Shown here: piece after piece, positions 1-9,491 of the stretch
How the letters are laid out: each line of letters begins with the position of its first letter
Position numbering within the stretch: position 1 is the first letter of the stretch
Virus record (IMG/VR): IMGVR_UViG_3300048575_000329
Span: 1 to 52,881 of that record
DNA: 52,881 nt
Reading direction: 5' to 3' (one strand)
Source of the DNA: a virus
Taxonomy: Duplodnaviria; Caudoviricetes
Made by a program: the position numbers and the translations under genes
Notes under the pieces: generated by a model
Database searches by the model: none
Told to the model about the DNA's origin: nothing
What the model saw: the letters and a program-made list of their open reading frames with translations, nothing else

Positions 1-94
1 GCTGCGCGCCGAGCGCGACGGCAAGGTCAAGACCATCGCCGCCAAGGCCGGCGACAGCCTCGCCGTGGACGCCGTCATCATGGAGTTCGAATGA
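1..94 (+). CDS. 3' end of host biotin-carrier-domain protein (acetyl/propionyl-CoA carboxylase alpha subunit), partial
   Basis: Frame 2 reads LRAERDGKVKTIAAKAGDSLAVDAVIMEFE*, typical of a C-terminal biotinyl domain of PccA-like proteins. Confidence 0.75.
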   Translation, partial: LRAERDGKVKTIAAKAGDSLAVDAVIMEFE

Positions 95-176
95 GGCTGC
101 GGCCGAGCGTTCTTTGAGCCTTGCGGCGAGAGGAACGCTCTGCTAGACAGCCGCCTCGCCGGGGAAACCCGGCACT

Positions 177-261
177 GCGGTCGTGGCGGAACTGGTAGAC
201 GCGCTACCTTGAGGTGGTAGTTCTTAACCGAGTGGAGGTTCGAGTCCTCTCGACCGCACCA
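177..261 (+). tRNA. tRNA-Leu (anticodon GAG)
   Basis: GCGGTCG/CGACCGC acceptor stem, TGGTAGA D-loop, CTACC-TTGAGGT-GGTAG anticodon arm, long variable arm, GGTTCGAGTCC T-arm, encoded CCA. Confidence 0.96.
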
Positions 262-265
262 ATTC
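247..265 (+). repeat. attL core CTCTCGACCGCACCAATTC
   Basis: Identical to 52720-52738; covers the tRNA 3' end. Confidence 0.93.
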
Positions 266-293
266 AACCCTCCGGGGTTCGTAAGTAGCTGAT

Positions 294-323
294 AACCCCG
301 CACTTTTTCAAAGGTGCGGGGTT
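294..323. terminator. Hairpin between tRNA and convergent integrase (also contains putative arm-type sites)
   Basis: AACCCCGCAC...GTGCGGGGTT inverted repeat. Confidence 0.55.
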
Positions 324-352
324 CAGTTTATCAGGGTGCGGGGATAGAACGT

Positions 353-1390
353 TCATTGCCCGTTCTTTCCCAGCTTCCCGATGGCTCCGCGGGACAGCCG
401 GCGCCGATCCGCCTCCCGCGTATAGAGCGAAGCCATACCGCCGCCGCGCCATCCGAAGATCGCCTCGAGCTCGGCGACAGTCGCGCCATTTTCCGCCGCG
501 CGGGTGGCGCCGATCTTGCGGACGCCGTGGGCCGACTTGTTCACGCCGGCCGCCCGGCAGGCCTCGCGGAAGTAGTTTCCGAACGATTCCTTGGTCAGCG
601 GCTCGCCCCGCTCGCCGGTGATGAGCGCGAGATCTCCGGTCGGCCCGGCGGACAGGGTGGCACGCAGCACCGGCAGGATAGGGATCGTCACCTCGATCTC
701 GCCCTGGCTCTTCTCGGTGCGAATCACGATCTCGGCCGCGCGCATGTGGGTCTTGCAGACCCGGACGGCGTCGCCGCGGCGCAGGCCGGTGTAGAGCAGC
801 ACATCGAGCCAGACCCGCTCGCGCGTGCCGACCGGCCATCGCTTCTCGAACTTCGCCACGTCCTCCTCGGTCCATGCCGGGAAGCCTGGCCCCTTCGGCC
901 GCTTCGGGTTCTTCACGCCCTCGGTGGGATCGACCGCGACGTGCGTCGCCTCGACGGCCCAGCGGAAAAGGCCGCGCATGGCGTCGAGGAAGTTCCGCGC
1001 CTGCGCCGGCGTCGCGGCGCGCTTGTCGCGGCTCTTCACCATGGAGGCCCGGGTGACACCCTTGAAAGGCTTGTCGCCGCTGTCCTTGATGATGTTCTCG
1101 AAGATGTTCTCGCGCTGCCGCCGCGTCGCCTCGGACAGGTCGCCCCAGGCGGTGGTGCGCATGTATTGCCGAATCAGCCACTCAATCGTGCCGGCCGCCG
1201 CCTTGCGCTCGGCCGGCGCGGCCATGCCCTCGAGGGCTGCGGTGTAGTTGGCCGTGAACTCCGGCGAGCCATAGTCGCCCTTGATCCGGATGCGCGGGCC
1301 GTCGCCCTTGCGGACGTACCAGACGGTCGTTCCGTGGCGGTTGACCTCGCGAAGGAGGTAGGGCGGACGAGGGCGGGGCATGTCCACCAT
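353..1390 (-). CDS. int: Tyrosine recombinase / phage integrase
   Basis: YTGLRRGD (catalytic R), HGVRK (HxxR), FGW...LYTR (catalytic Y); next to attL; start at 1390 or 1381 rather than 1777. Confidence 0.95.
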   Translation of the reverse strand: MVDMPRPRPPYLLREVNRHGTTVWYVRKGDGPRIRIKGDYGSPEFTANYTAALEGMAAPAERKAAAGTIEWLIRQYMRTTAWGDLSEATRRQRENIFENIIKDSGDKPFKGVTRASMVKSRDKRAATPAQARNFLDAMRGLFRWAVEATHVAVDPTEGVKNPKRPKGPGFPAWTEEDVAKFEKRWPVGTRERVWLDVLLYTGLRRGDAVRVCKTHMRAAEIVIRTEKSQGEIEVTIPILPVLRATLSAGPTGDLALITGERGEPLTKESFGNYFREACRAAGVNKSAHGVRKIGATRAAENGATVAELEAIFGWRGGGMASLYTREADRRRLSRGAIGKLGKNGQ

Positions 1391-1575
1391 CAGAGCACGA
1401 TCTCCTCGACCGGCGCCACTGGGGCTGCTGTCGCCTGCTGACGCTCGCCGAAGGGCACCCAGACGACCGTGTCGCCGGTCCTGATCTCGACGCCCGGCGC
1501 ACCAGCCTGGCGCGCCGCGCGGAGAATGCGGGCGACGTCGGCCTGGGTCGTTTTCGCGGGCGTGCGGGGCATCAT
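1390..1575 (-). CDS. Putative excisionase / small DNA-binding protein
   Basis: MPRTPAKTTQADVARILRAARQAG..., coupled to the integrase start; typical position. Confidence 0.6.
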   Translation of the reverse strand: MMPRTPAKTTQADVARILRAARQAGAPGVEIRTGDTVVWVPFGERQQATAAPVAPVEEIVL

Positions 1576-2660
1576 GGTGCCTCCGGAAAGGCGTCGTGGA
1601 TCTGGCCGTCGAGAGTGCGGCCGGCGAAGTGCTTGCCGACCCACTGCATCGGCCAGCCGTCAGGCGAGCGGCGGCCGTCGACGCCGATGCGGCAGAACTT
1701 CGGGAGGTCGGTCGGCCACTCGCCGTCGCCCGCCTCCAGCCACGACCAGTCGCCGCGCTGCTTGAAGTGGAAGGCAACGCCCGCGGCAGCGCACTGGTCG
1801 CGGATCGACCGGACCCAGTCCGGATGCGTCGGCCTGGCGCCGCCCCCGCTCTCGCCGCCGACGATGACCCAGTCGAGGCCGTGCCGCGACGGCCCTCGCG
1901 GGTTGTCGCCGGGCTCCCACCAATCGCCGATGAAGGTCTTCGTCGCCTCGTGACCTCCGAGGCGCGGGTCAGGGTCGCCGTTGTAAAGGTCCAGCGGCCC
2001 GAGCAACGGCTCGGCCGAGACGAAGCGCACCGCCGCAGGCGTCGACAGAAGGGGCGGGATGCGCTCGTCGGCGCGGGCCTGGTCCTCGGCCGTGACGCCG
2101 AGCCAGACGTTCTCCAGCGGGTGCGGAACGCCGCGCGAGGTGTAGCGGCGGAGGCGCTCCTGCGCGTCGCCGGCGTTCTTCGAGACGGTCGGCAACGTCA
2201 GGCTCTCGACGTGGAAGCGCGCCGCCGAGGCCCAATCCCTGGTGAGGTAGGTGCGCATGCGCTCCGGCCGCTTCGTCAGGATCTGGAACGTGTGCTGAGG
2301 CGCCAGCGCCATGACGGCGAAGACCTCGTCGATCCACTCGTCGGGCAGGTCATGGTGGAACAGGTCGGACATGGAGTTGACGAAGATGCGGCGCGCCCGC
2401 CTCCAGCGCAGCGGCGCGGTGACGATGTGGTCCGGCGCCCTTGCCAGCTTGCCGGTCCAGACCGGCTTGCCGTTCACGACCTTCGTCGTGCCCGCATAGT
2501 GCGTCTCGCGCCCCTGTGCCGGGGCCATCCGCTCGATGCGGGAGGCCATGCTCATGGCATAGCAGTTGGTGCAGGCCGGGGAGACGATGGAACAGCCGAC
2601 GACCGGGTTCCAGGTCTCGTCGGTCCATGAAATGCCGGTGTCGCGCTGGTCAGCCATCAT
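1572..2660 (-). CDS. Phage Gp37/Gp68 (DUF5131) family protein, three-Cys radical-SAM-like
   Basis: ISWTDETWNPVVGCSIVSPACTNCYA, IFVNSMSDLFH, FQILTKRP, SAEPLLG, DWVIVGGESG, FHFKQ motifs. Confidence 0.92.
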   Translation of the reverse strand: MMADQRDTGISWTDETWNPVVGCSIVSPACTNCYAMSMASRIERMAPAQGRETHYAGTTKVVNGKPVWTGKLARAPDHIVTAPLRWRRARRIFVNSMSDLFHHDLPDEWIDEVFAVMALAPQHTFQILTKRPERMRTYLTRDWASAARFHVESLTLPTVSKNAGDAQERLRRYTSRGVPHPLENVWLGVTAEDQARADERIPPLLSTPAAVRFVSAEPLLGPLDLYNGDPDPRLGGHEATKTFIGDWWEPGDNPRGPSRHGLDWVIVGGESGGGARPTHPDWVRSIRDQCAAAGVAFHFKQRGDWSWLEAGDGEWPTDLPKFCRIGVDGRRSPDGWPMQWVGKHFAGRTLDGQIHDAFPEAP

Positions 2661-2908
2661 GCGGTTCCCTTCGTGCTGATGTCCTTCAGGCGCAGCTCGG
2701 CCAGGCGGGCGCGGGCGCGCTCGGTGACGACGTCGAGAACCGGCTCGTCGCCGCCGAGCCTGACGAGGGCGAGGCAGGTGCCGACGAGGACCGATTCCAG
2801 GACGACGAGTGTCTCGGTGGCATCGCCGCCGGCGCCGATCGTGCCGCGGACGAGCTGTTTCACGAGGTCGCCGGCGAGGTCGTTGTGGCGGCGCGCGGAT
2901 TCGGACAT
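2657..2908 (-). CDS. Hypothetical phage protein
   Basis: GGAGG RBS before ATG 2908; stop overlaps the next start. Confidence 0.65.
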   Translation of the reverse strand: MSESARRHNDLAGDLVKQLVRGTIGAGGDATETLVVLESVLVGTCLALVRLGGDEPVLDVVTERARARLAELRLKDISTKGTA

Positions 2909-3007
2909 GGTGGCCTCCGGTTCAGATCCAGCCCTTGAAGAGGGCAACGAAGAGGGCGCTCCAGTAGGCGAGGAAGAGCGCACCCCAGAGGGCGAAGCGC
3001 AGGGCCC

Positions 3008-3226
3008 TCATGGCCTGGGGTCCTGCCGCGCGGCGCGTATCTCATCCCGCATGACGGCCTCGACCATCTCGCGCAGGAGGACGTCGCAGGCCGCCTTCGC
3101 TGCGGCGAACTCCTCCGCTGGCATGCCGGTGTGGCAGAAGGCCTTGCGGTCGCCGAAGCGGACGGTGAGGCCGCCGGCACCGGTGGCGATGATCTCGGTC
3201 GGCGCGGGGAGGGTGGCTACGGTCAT
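3008..3226 (-). CDS. Hypothetical phage protein
   Basis: 72-aa ORF in the leftward operon with upstream GGAGG. Confidence 0.6.
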   Translation of the reverse strand: MTVATLPAPTEIIATGAGGLTVRFGDRKAFCHTGMPAEEFAAAKAACDVLLREMVEAVMRDEIRAARQDPRP

Positions 3227-3351
3227 TGCCCGGTCCTCCAGGCGGCCCAGACGACCATGGCAAGGCTGGCGAGCCCGCCGGCGACCAGGAGAGCGAGCAC
3301 GGCCGCCGCGCCGGCGGTGAAGCGGAGAGGGGCGTCAGAACGGGATTTCAT
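3223..3351 (-). CDS. Small membrane protein (42 aa)
   Basis: [42 protein letters not shown]; fills the gap and its stop overlaps the next ATG. Confidence 0.45.
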   Translation of the reverse strand: MKSRSDAPLRFTAGAAAVLALLVAGGLASLAMVVWAAWRTGQ

Positions 3352-3817
3352 CGTCGTCCATCGGCCGCCCGGCCGATCCCTGTCCGAAGCCGCCGGTGCC
3401 GGCTCCTGCGCCTGCCGTGCCGCTGGCCTGCTGACCCTCGCGCCGCTCGGCCTGGCCGCCGCCGTCGCCCGGGCTGCCGAGCATGACCAGCTCGCCGCGG
3501 AAGCGCTGCAGCACGACCTCGGTCGAGTAGCGCTCTACGCCGGACTGGTCGGTCCATTTGCGCGTCTGCAGCTGGCCCTCGACGAAGACCTTGGAGCCCT
3601 TCTTCAGGTACTGCTCGGCGACGCGGACGAGGCCTTCGTTGTAGATGACGACCTTGTGCCACTCGGCGCGCTCCTTGCGCTCGCCGGTGGCCTTGTCGCG
3701 CCAAGTCTCGGAGGTGGCGAGCGAGAAGGAAACGACGCGATCGCCGTTCTGCATGGTGCGGCCTTCGGGGTCCTTGCCCAGATTGCCGACGAGGATGACC
3801 TTGTTGACGCTCGCCAT
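3335..3817 (-). CDS. ssb: Single-stranded DNA-binding protein
   Basis: [18 protein letters not shown]...EWHKVV...[10 protein letters not shown], acidic tail DDDEIPF. Confidence 0.97.
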   Translation of the reverse strand: MASVNKVILVGNLGKDPEGRTMQNGDRVVSFSLATSETWRDKATGERKERAEWHKVVIYNEGLVRVAEQYLKKGSKVFVEGQLQTRKWTDQSGVERYSTEVVLQRFRGELVMLGSPGDGGGQAERREGQQASGTAGAGAGTGGFGQGSAGRPMDDDEIPF

Positions 3818-3819
3818 GG

Positions 3820-4938
3820 TCAGACCCTCATCGGCATGAGGACGAAGAGCGCGCCGGAGGGCGTCACGTCCTTGATCAGCGCCGGGCTGCCGGGGTTCTC
3901 GAGGTGGATGGCGACGGTGTCGCCGGCGACATGGCCGAGGATCTCCAGCAGGTATTTCGAGTTGAAGCCGATCTCGATGGCGGCGCCGGACTCGGCCTCG
4001 ACCTCAAGCTCCTCGACGGCCTGGCCGCCGGTGTCGAGGCTCGTGACCGCGAGGGTGAGGCTGCGGCCGGCGAGCGTCAGCTTCACCGCCCGCCCGCGCT
4101 CGGAGGCGACGGTGGCGACGCGATCGACCGCCTTCACCAGCTCCTCGCGATCGGCGACGACCTCGATGCTGTTCGCCGTCGGCACCACCCGGTTGTAGTC
4201 GGGGAAGGTGCCGTCGATCAGCTTGGAGGTGAGGGTGAGGCCGCCGAGGGTGAAGCGGATCTTCGCCTCGGAGAGCGCGACCGCGACCTCGCCCGGCAGT
4301 TCCGCGAGGAGGCGCGCCATCTCGACCACGGTCTTGCGGGGTACGATGACGCCGGGCATGCCGTGGTCGCCGCTGCCGGCGGCAAGCGTCACCTGCGCGA
4401 GGCGGTGGCCGTCGGTGGCGACCCCGCGCAGGGCCTTGCCCTCGCCGGCACTGGCGATGTGCAGGAAGATGCCGTTGAGGTAGTAGCGCGTTTCCTCGGT
4501 GGAGATGGCGAACTGCGCCCGGTCGATGATGCCCTTCAGGTCCTTCGCCGAGACGGTGAAGTCATGCGGCAACTCGCCTGCGACGATGTCGGGCCAGTCC
4601 TCGACGGGGAGGGTGGAAAGCTGAAAGCGGGAGCGGCCAGCCTTCACCACCATGCGCTCGCCCTCCAGCGCCAGCGAGACCTGGCAGCCGTCGGGCAGCT
4701 TGCGGACGATGTCGGTGAGCATGTGGCCCGGCACCGTGGCGGCGCCGGCGGCCGCCACCTCGGCTGGCACGCTGTCCTGGAGGTCGAGGTCGAGATCGGT
4801 GGCGCGCAGCCGCAGGGCGCCGTCCTCGGCGCGCAGCAGGGCGTTGCCCAGCACGGGAATGGTGGTGCGCCGCTCGATGACGCGGGCGGCGCGGGTGAGG
4901 GCGGCCAGGAGGGGCGCGCGTTCGACGATCAGCTTCAC
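3820..4938 (-). CDS. dnaN: DNA polymerase III beta sliding clamp (phage copy)
   Basis: [57 protein letters not shown]; 372 aa. Confidence 0.96.
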   Translation of the reverse strand: MKLIVERAPLLAALTRAARVIERRTTIPVLGNALLRAEDGALRLRATDLDLDLQDSVPAEVAAAGAATVPGHMLTDIVRKLPDGCQVSLALEGERMVVKAGRSRFQLSTLPVEDWPDIVAGELPHDFTVSAKDLKGIIDRAQFAISTEETRYYLNGIFLHIASAGEGKALRGVATDGHRLAQVTLAAGSGDHGMPGVIVPRKTVVEMARLLAELPGEVAVALSEAKIRFTLGGLTLTSKLIDGTFPDYNRVVPTANSIEVVADREELVKAVDRVATVASERGRAVKLTLAGRSLTLAVTSLDTGGQAVEELEVEAESGAAIEIGFNSKYLLEILGHVAGDTVAIHLENPGSPALIKDVTPSGALFVLMPMRV

Positions 4939-4995
4939 GGCTGGTCTCCGGTGAGAAGAAGGAATGGGGAGGCCGCCAGGGCCTCCCCGGCTGCG

Positions 4996-5967
4996 TCAGG
5001 CGGCCATCTCCGGCGTGCCGTCGATGACGGAGAGGCCGGTGGCCGTGTTGACCTCGGCGGCGTCGTCCTTCAGCCGCTCGTCGATGAACTGGTCGGGCCG
5101 GATCATCTCGAAGAACCAGACGATGTCGGCGCCGCCGGCCCGGAAGCGCAGGCGGACCGGGATGCGGATGGACTCGCCGCGGTGGAAGGGCGCGACGGAG
5201 AGCAGGAAGAGCCCCGGCACCACCAGCTCGCCGCCGTCGGCGCCGGCATACTCGACCTCGAAGACCATCTGCGTCTCGCCGGTCTGCAGCTTGGTGCGGT
5301 TCTTGATCCGCGAGCCGACCGTCACCTCGAGGCCGCGCGAGAGGTCGAGCAGCTCCGACGGGGTGGCGAACTTCGCCTTGAAGTCTGCCTCCCATTCGTT
5401 GCGCTCGGCGTCCGTCGGCGCGGCGAGCTCGGTGATGTGGTCCTCGAGGAACTGGGCGAAGTCCGCCTGGGCCATCTTCCGGCCATTGGCTGCCACCCAT
5501 TCCTTCCAGGGATCGGAGAGCGGGTAGGCATAGTGGACGCGGTGCTTGCCGTTGCGGGCGCCGGCATCCTCGAAGGCGTCGTCGTCCCGGTCGTCCTCGG
5601 TCGCGGCTAGGTGATAGTCGATCACGGCGGTGAGGCTCGGCTTGCGCCAGTCGGTGTCGGCGAAGACGACCGTCTCCTCGTCCCGCTTGTGGCGGTTGAC
5701 CAGGGCGATGAAGCTCCACAGCGAAGTGACTTCGGCCGTGCCGGTGCGGGCCCGGGGCTTGCCGCGGGCGGCGGCGATGTGCGGTTCGAGCGACTGGATC
5801 TCGACGCTGTCGCCCTTGCGGATGACCGCGACATGCGGCTCCTCGACATAGGTTCCCATGCCGAGAGCCTTCCTCGGCAGGGGCAAGAGGCTCACCTCGA
5901 CATGGTCCTTGCGGACCAGGGCGGCGATTTCCTTGACGGCATCGGCCGTCACGGCAGGCGTGGTCAT
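4996..5967 (-). CDS. DUF2303 (YfdQ-like) family protein
   Basis: LTAVIDYH, HRVHY, W..W..NG..MAQADFAQFLED, IPVRLRFR pattern; typical early-operon position. Confidence 0.8.
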   Translation of the reverse strand: MTTPAVTADAVKEIAALVRKDHVEVSLLPLPRKALGMGTYVEEPHVAVIRKGDSVEIQSLEPHIAAARGKPRARTGTAEVTSLWSFIALVNRHKRDEETVVFADTDWRKPSLTAVIDYHLAATEDDRDDDAFEDAGARNGKHRVHYAYPLSDPWKEWVAANGRKMAQADFAQFLEDHITELAAPTDAERNEWEADFKAKFATPSELLDLSRGLEVTVGSRIKNRTKLQTGETQMVFEVEYAGADGGELVVPGLFLLSVAPFHRGESIRIPVRLRFRAGGADIVWFFEMIRPDQFIDERLKDDAAEVNTATGLSVIDGTPEMAA

Positions 5968-6006
5968 GGCAGTCTCCGTGGTGGTTGAGGGGGTGGGGGC
6001 GCGACG

Positions 6007-6369
6007 TCAGTCGTGCTGATGCTCGATCGTCCGGGGCGGCTTGCCCGACGCCTTCGGCGGCGTGCGGCCGGCGCCGCTGTCGCGGTCGAAGATGTCGATC
6101 TGGTCGGGGTGCTGCTGGGAGAGGTGGCCGCCGGCGAGGAAGAGCGTCGTCTCGCGGCGCTTCTTCTCGGGCAGCGAGGTCGTGACGTTCGAGCGGATCG
6201 AGACGACCTCGTTCTTGGCCTTGAACTTCAGCTTCAGGGTGACGGTGGCCGCGCCCTCCTCGGCCGCCTCCAGCGCCTCGCAGCACTTGTGGATGGCATC
6301 GGCGAAGTCGCGGGAGAGGTCGCCGCGCTCCAGCGCGCCGATGATTTCGTCGGTGGTCTTGAGGATCAT
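6007..6369 (-). CDS. Hypothetical protein (usual upstream partner of DUF2303)
   Basis: G.ATVTLKLKF...LP......T.LF....HLS..HPDQ pattern. Confidence 0.7.
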   Translation of the reverse strand: MILKTTDEIIGALERGDLSRDFADAIHKCCEALEAAEEGAATVTLKLKFKAKNEVVSIRSNVTTSLPEKKRRETTLFLAGGHLSQQHPDQIDIFDRDSGAGRTPPKASGKPPRTIEHQHD

Positions 6370-6611
6370 GGACGCAGCTCCGTGTGCGCGGTGGGAAGGG
6401 CGGGCCCGCGGGCCACGAGGGCGAAGAGGTCATCGCCGGCGGCGGGGCGTGCCGGCCGGCGGCGCGCCTCGATCTGGCGCCGCATCAGCCGGTTGGTGGG
6501 GTCGACCAGGGCGCGGGCGGTCTCGCCGCGGCGCGGGTCGTTCGGGTGCATGGCGCAGTAGCGCCGCCAGAGATCGACGCGGGTGCGCTGGAGGATGGGG
6601 AAATCGGTCAT
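6366..6611 (-). CDS. Hypothetical phage protein
   Basis: ATGA-type overlaps with both neighbours. Confidence 0.5.
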   Translation of the reverse strand: MTDFPILQRTRVDLWRRYCAMHPNDPRRGETARALVDPTNRLMRRQIEARRRPARPAAGDDLFALVARGPALPTAHTELRP

Positions 6612-7267
6612 GCCGCCCCCCTCCGGCCCAGCATCTGGCGGGCCTTCGGCAGGATGTCGCGGAAGCGGGTGCGGAAGCGGTCGGCCGCATAGGGCCAGGG
6701 CCAGACGCCGAGCGCGCCGAGGCTGCGGATGGGCCGCGGCTGCTCCGGCGTGCCGTCGTACCACCAGGCCTGCGACGGCCTCAGCTTCGTGTCGAGCAGC
6801 TGGCGCCGCTCGGCATGGAGCATCCGGTAGTCGATGTCCTTGACGATCGTCTTGTGCAGGTGGCCGGGCAGGGGAAGGCCGGCCGCGGCATGGACCGCCT
6901 CGACGACGCGGTCCTCGAGGCGCTTCAGGGTCTGCTCGACGTGGCCGAAGTGCTGCCAGACGCCACAGCCGCGCTCGACGGCGCCGATGGCCTGTTTCAG
7001 GGGCGTCGACCAGTCGCCGATATAGGCCTCATGCGCGTCGTGCAGCAGGGCATAGGCGGCAGCGACGGGGTCGCCCGTCTCGGCGAGGACGACGTCGCAA
7101 CAGTGAACGGAGTGCTGGGCGACGGAATAGGGCCCGCCGCCGATATGGCCGGTGAAGCGGGCGATGCGCGCCAGGGCGTCCGGCACGTCCGTGTCGAAAT
7201 CGACCATGGCGGCCTCGGGCGCAGCGAGGTCGAAGCGGCGGCCCGATGCGGTCTGGATCCAGCTCAC
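6608..7267 (-). CDS. HD-domain hydrolase (YfbR/5'-deoxynucleotidase-like)
   Basis: WIQTASG, LARIARFTGH, YSVAQHS, LLHDAHEAYIGD, TPLK motifs. Confidence 0.9.
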   Translation of the reverse strand: MSWIQTASGRRFDLAAPEAAMVDFDTDVPDALARIARFTGHIGGGPYSVAQHSVHCCDVVLAETGDPVAAAYALLHDAHEAYIGDWSTPLKQAIGAVERGCGVWQHFGHVEQTLKRLEDRVVEAVHAAAGLPLPGHLHKTIVKDIDYRMLHAERRQLLDTKLRPSQAWWYDGTPEQPRPIRSLGALGVWPWPYAADRFRTRFRDILPKARQMLGRRGAA

Positions 7268-7382
7268 CAGCGCCCCCCGAAGCCAAGGGCGACGCAGATG
7301 AGCCCGACGGTGAAGGTCAGGCCGGCGAGGGCCTCGATCGTTGTCGCGACGAGGCCGGCGATGCGATAGCCGAGCGTCGCCA

Positions 7383-7679
7383 TCACTCGACCCTCATGGC
7401 GGCGCGGATGGCGTGGTCGCCATGGGCGAGGACCTGGCCGCGCGTCCAGCCGAGGCGGGTCAGGTCGTCATGGGTGACGGTGGGATCCTGCGCCTGGGCG
7501 GCGACGAGGTCGGCGACGTCCTCGGCCATGCGCCGGCGCAGCGCGTCGACGTTCTGCATGAGGTGCCGGGCGAAGGGCCAGATCGGGCCGTCGTGGGTGA
7601 CGAACTTGTCCTCGCGATGCCCGGGAACGAGCGGCGGGGAGGAGATGCGAGGCGTGGTGTGGGTCGTGGCGCTGGCCAT
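7383..7679 (-). CDS. Hypothetical protein, first gene of the leftward early operon
   Basis: AAGGAG RBS; downstream of the pL-like promoter. Confidence 0.65.
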   Translation of the reverse strand: MASATTHTTPRISSPPLVPGHREDKFVTHDGPIWPFARHLMQNVDALRRRMAEDVADLVAAQAQDPTVTHDDLTRLGWTRGQVLAHGDHAIRAAMRVE

Positions 7680-7711
7680 CGGGCGCTCCTTCCAAAAGCG
7701 GAATGGAGCGG

Positions 7712-7763
7712 ATCGTAATGCGGAACTAAGTCCGCGTCAATGATGATGCGGAATACAGTCCGC
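7712..7763 (-). promoter_or_regulatory. pL-like promoter with two repressor operators
   Basis: Minus strand TTGACG-N17-TACGAT (7740-7712); palindromes GCGGA-N6-TCCGC at 7720-7735 and 7748-7763. Confidence 0.75.
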
Positions 7764-7814
7764 GTTGACCGGGGTTGTCTCGCCGCGGAGTGTTGCGTGG
7801 CGGAGGAGGTCGTG

Positions 7815-8354
7815 ATGAGGAAACCCATCTGGCATTTGATGCCGACGGTCTTGATCGGCTTGGCCATTGGCGGCGGCTCGGCGGGTTCCCAGACACCCAG
7901 CGTGGAGCAGTTGCTCGACACCAAGACGGTGGAGGGCTGGCTAGTCGAGCGGGCTCGAAACCGCCTTCATCAGCGGATCGTATCCAGCGTCGTGCGTACC
8001 GATGGGGGGCATTCTATCGGTCTCATTTGCGTAGACGGCACCTTCCATGTCGTCGTTGCGCCGCGGTCCGTCGGCGTCGGGTCCCCCGCGAACTTCACGT
8101 TCCGCATCGACGAGGGGCCAATGCGCGCCATTCCGGTCGAGATGTCGCCCGGCAGCCAAGATTATCTCATCGCGAGGAATCAGGCCGGCGGGCTGCTGTT
8201 GGAGATGGCGAGCGGAAACGAGATTTATGCTGAATTGGCGGGCCCGTATCGCACCTTGACCTTCGCTCTGCGCATCGCCGGGTTTAAGGCCGCTCTCGGC
8301 TCGGCGCCGGAGTGCCAGTCGGTATCCAGCGTAATTCAGCGGCTCACCCGCTAG
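7815..8354 (+). CDS. Exported hypothetical protein (moron between pL and cI)
   Basis: GGAGGAGG RBS, signal-peptide-like N-terminus MRKPIWHLMPTVLIGLAIGGGSAG, convergent with cI. Confidence 0.7.
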   Translation: MRKPIWHLMPTVLIGLAIGGGSAGSQTPSVEQLLDTKTVEGWLVERARNRLHQRIVSSVVRTDGGHSIGLICVDGTFHVVVAPRSVGVGSPANFTFRIDEGPMRAIPVEMSPGSQDYLIARNQAGGLLLEMASGNEIYAELAGPYRTLTFALRIAGFKAALGSAPECQSVSSVIQRLTR

Positions 8355-8366
8355 GACGTATTCCCG

Positions 8367-9077
8367 CTAGGCGCCAAACAGCTCGTTTAATGTCAGGACC
8401 TTGTGTATTGCGACGACGGTATTGCGAGCATATTTAATAGTGGCATGGGGGTTGAACTGCTCGGCGACGATATGTTCCGCCGTTCGTCCCTTGTATATTT
8501 TGATGTAACCTTCAATCTCACCCTGTGAGCCATTGGCGATCTGCACGATCATGGCATCACCATGGGCGATTGGTTTGTTCGGATGAACGAAGACAAGATC
8601 GCCAGGCCCGAACTTCGGCACCATCGACTCATTCTCGACGTAGAGGGCATAAATGTCGCGCGCGCCCATGAGCCCTGGCGGCCTGCCAACGTAATCGATG
8701 ACGTCCGTCGTGATCTGAAATGAGCCTATGGCGGATCCTGCCGCCGTGCCCATCACCGGTATGTCGCGCGCCGGTGATCTGGTGATTGTGGTCGTCGCGG
8801 GTCTCACTTCGCCTCGGGGCTGGCTGGCTCGAGCTGGTGCCTGCTGATCGTTCCCCGCAGCCGCGCTGATGAGTTGATCAATCTCGACCTCAAGGACGCC
8901 TGCAATGCGTCGCAGGGAGTCGAGCTTAAGGGTGCCGGAGGGGCCACGCTCGTCGAGCTTGCGAAACACATCGCGGGAGAGGCCTGCAGCCTTGGCGAGG
9001 CCCTCGCGCGACAGGCCCTTCACGACGCGGGCCGCGTCGATGAATTGAAGTAGCGCGTTCTTGCTGCTCGGCGTCAT
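8367..9077 (-). CDS. CI-like repressor (XRE HTH + S24 autopeptidase)
   Basis: N-terminal HTH (GLSREGLAKAAGLS), AAG cleavage region, VENESMVPKFGPGDLVFVHP (Ser) and YIK (Lys); divergent from cro. Confidence 0.92.
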   Translation of the reverse strand: MTPSSKNALLQFIDAARVVKGLSREGLAKAAGLSRDVFRKLDERGPSGTLKLDSLRRIAGVLEVEIDQLISAAAGNDQQAPARASQPRGEVRPATTTITRSPARDIPVMGTAAGSAIGSFQITTDVIDYVGRPPGLMGARDIYALYVENESMVPKFGPGDLVFVHPNKPIAHGDAMIVQIANGSQGEIEGYIKIYKGRTAEHIVAEQFNPHATIKYARNTVVAIHKVLTLNELFGA

Positions 9078-9130
9078 GCCCCATTTTTCGCACGATTCAT
9101 GGGGGTTCGGCGACGCGGATCGAAGGCGTC

Positions 9131-9164
9131 TTGACAATGAGGAAGATGATCCGCATTCTTCCTC
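9131..9164 (+). promoter_or_regulatory. pR-like promoter with overlapping operator
   Basis: TTGACA-N17-CATTCT just upstream of the cro ATG; operator variant GAGGA-N6-TCCGC at 9139-9154. Confidence 0.7.
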
Positions 9165-9167
9165 ATC

Positions 9168-9491
9168 ATGACCGACCTCGACCGCCTTCTCCATGTCGCC
9201 GCCGCCTATTGCGCGGCCACCGGCCTCAGTGAGGCCCGGGTGTCAACGCTGTTCCTGAAGGGCGGCTCGCGCATCGCCTCGCTCCGCGCCGGCGGCGACA
9301 TGGGCTCGCGGACGATCGCCCGGGCCATTGAAGCCTTCTCGGATGCCTGGCCCGCGGATGCGGTCTGGCCTGTCGAGGTTCCCCGACCCTCCCGCGCGCC
9401 GTCGGATGGTTCCGGCGCGCCGACTGACGCCATCGGCGCCGTGCCCCCCGCGGCGCCGCCGGCGCCCCTGCCTCTCGGAGACGCCGCATGA
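9168..9491 (+). CDS. Cro-like transcriptional regulator
   Basis: Divergent from cI; AAYCAATGLSEARVSTLF...FSDAWPADAVWP pattern of alphaproteobacterial Cro-like proteins. Confidence 0.75.
   Translation: MTDLDRLLHVAAAYCAATGLSEARVSTLFLKGGSRIASLRAGGDMGSRTIARAIEAFSDAWPADAVWPVEVPRPSRAPSDGSGAPTDAIGAVPPAAPPAPLPLGDAA

Noticed and set aside
1391-1777. N-terminal extension of the integrase in the ORF track
   Set aside because: Overlaps the excisionase-like and DUF5131 genes; integrase-like sequence begins at MVDMPRP
1572-2660. DUF5131 as part of a two-gene system with a three-Cys-motif partner protein
   Set aside because: No partner gene adjacent; it sits in an ordinary phage early operon
3131-6433. 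Long alternative ORFs (3131-4198, 3904-5610, 4562-6433) and similar ones such as 14762-16687 and 18285-20393
   Set aside because: GC-rich shadow frames of well-supported genes, with Arg/Pro/Gly-biased composition
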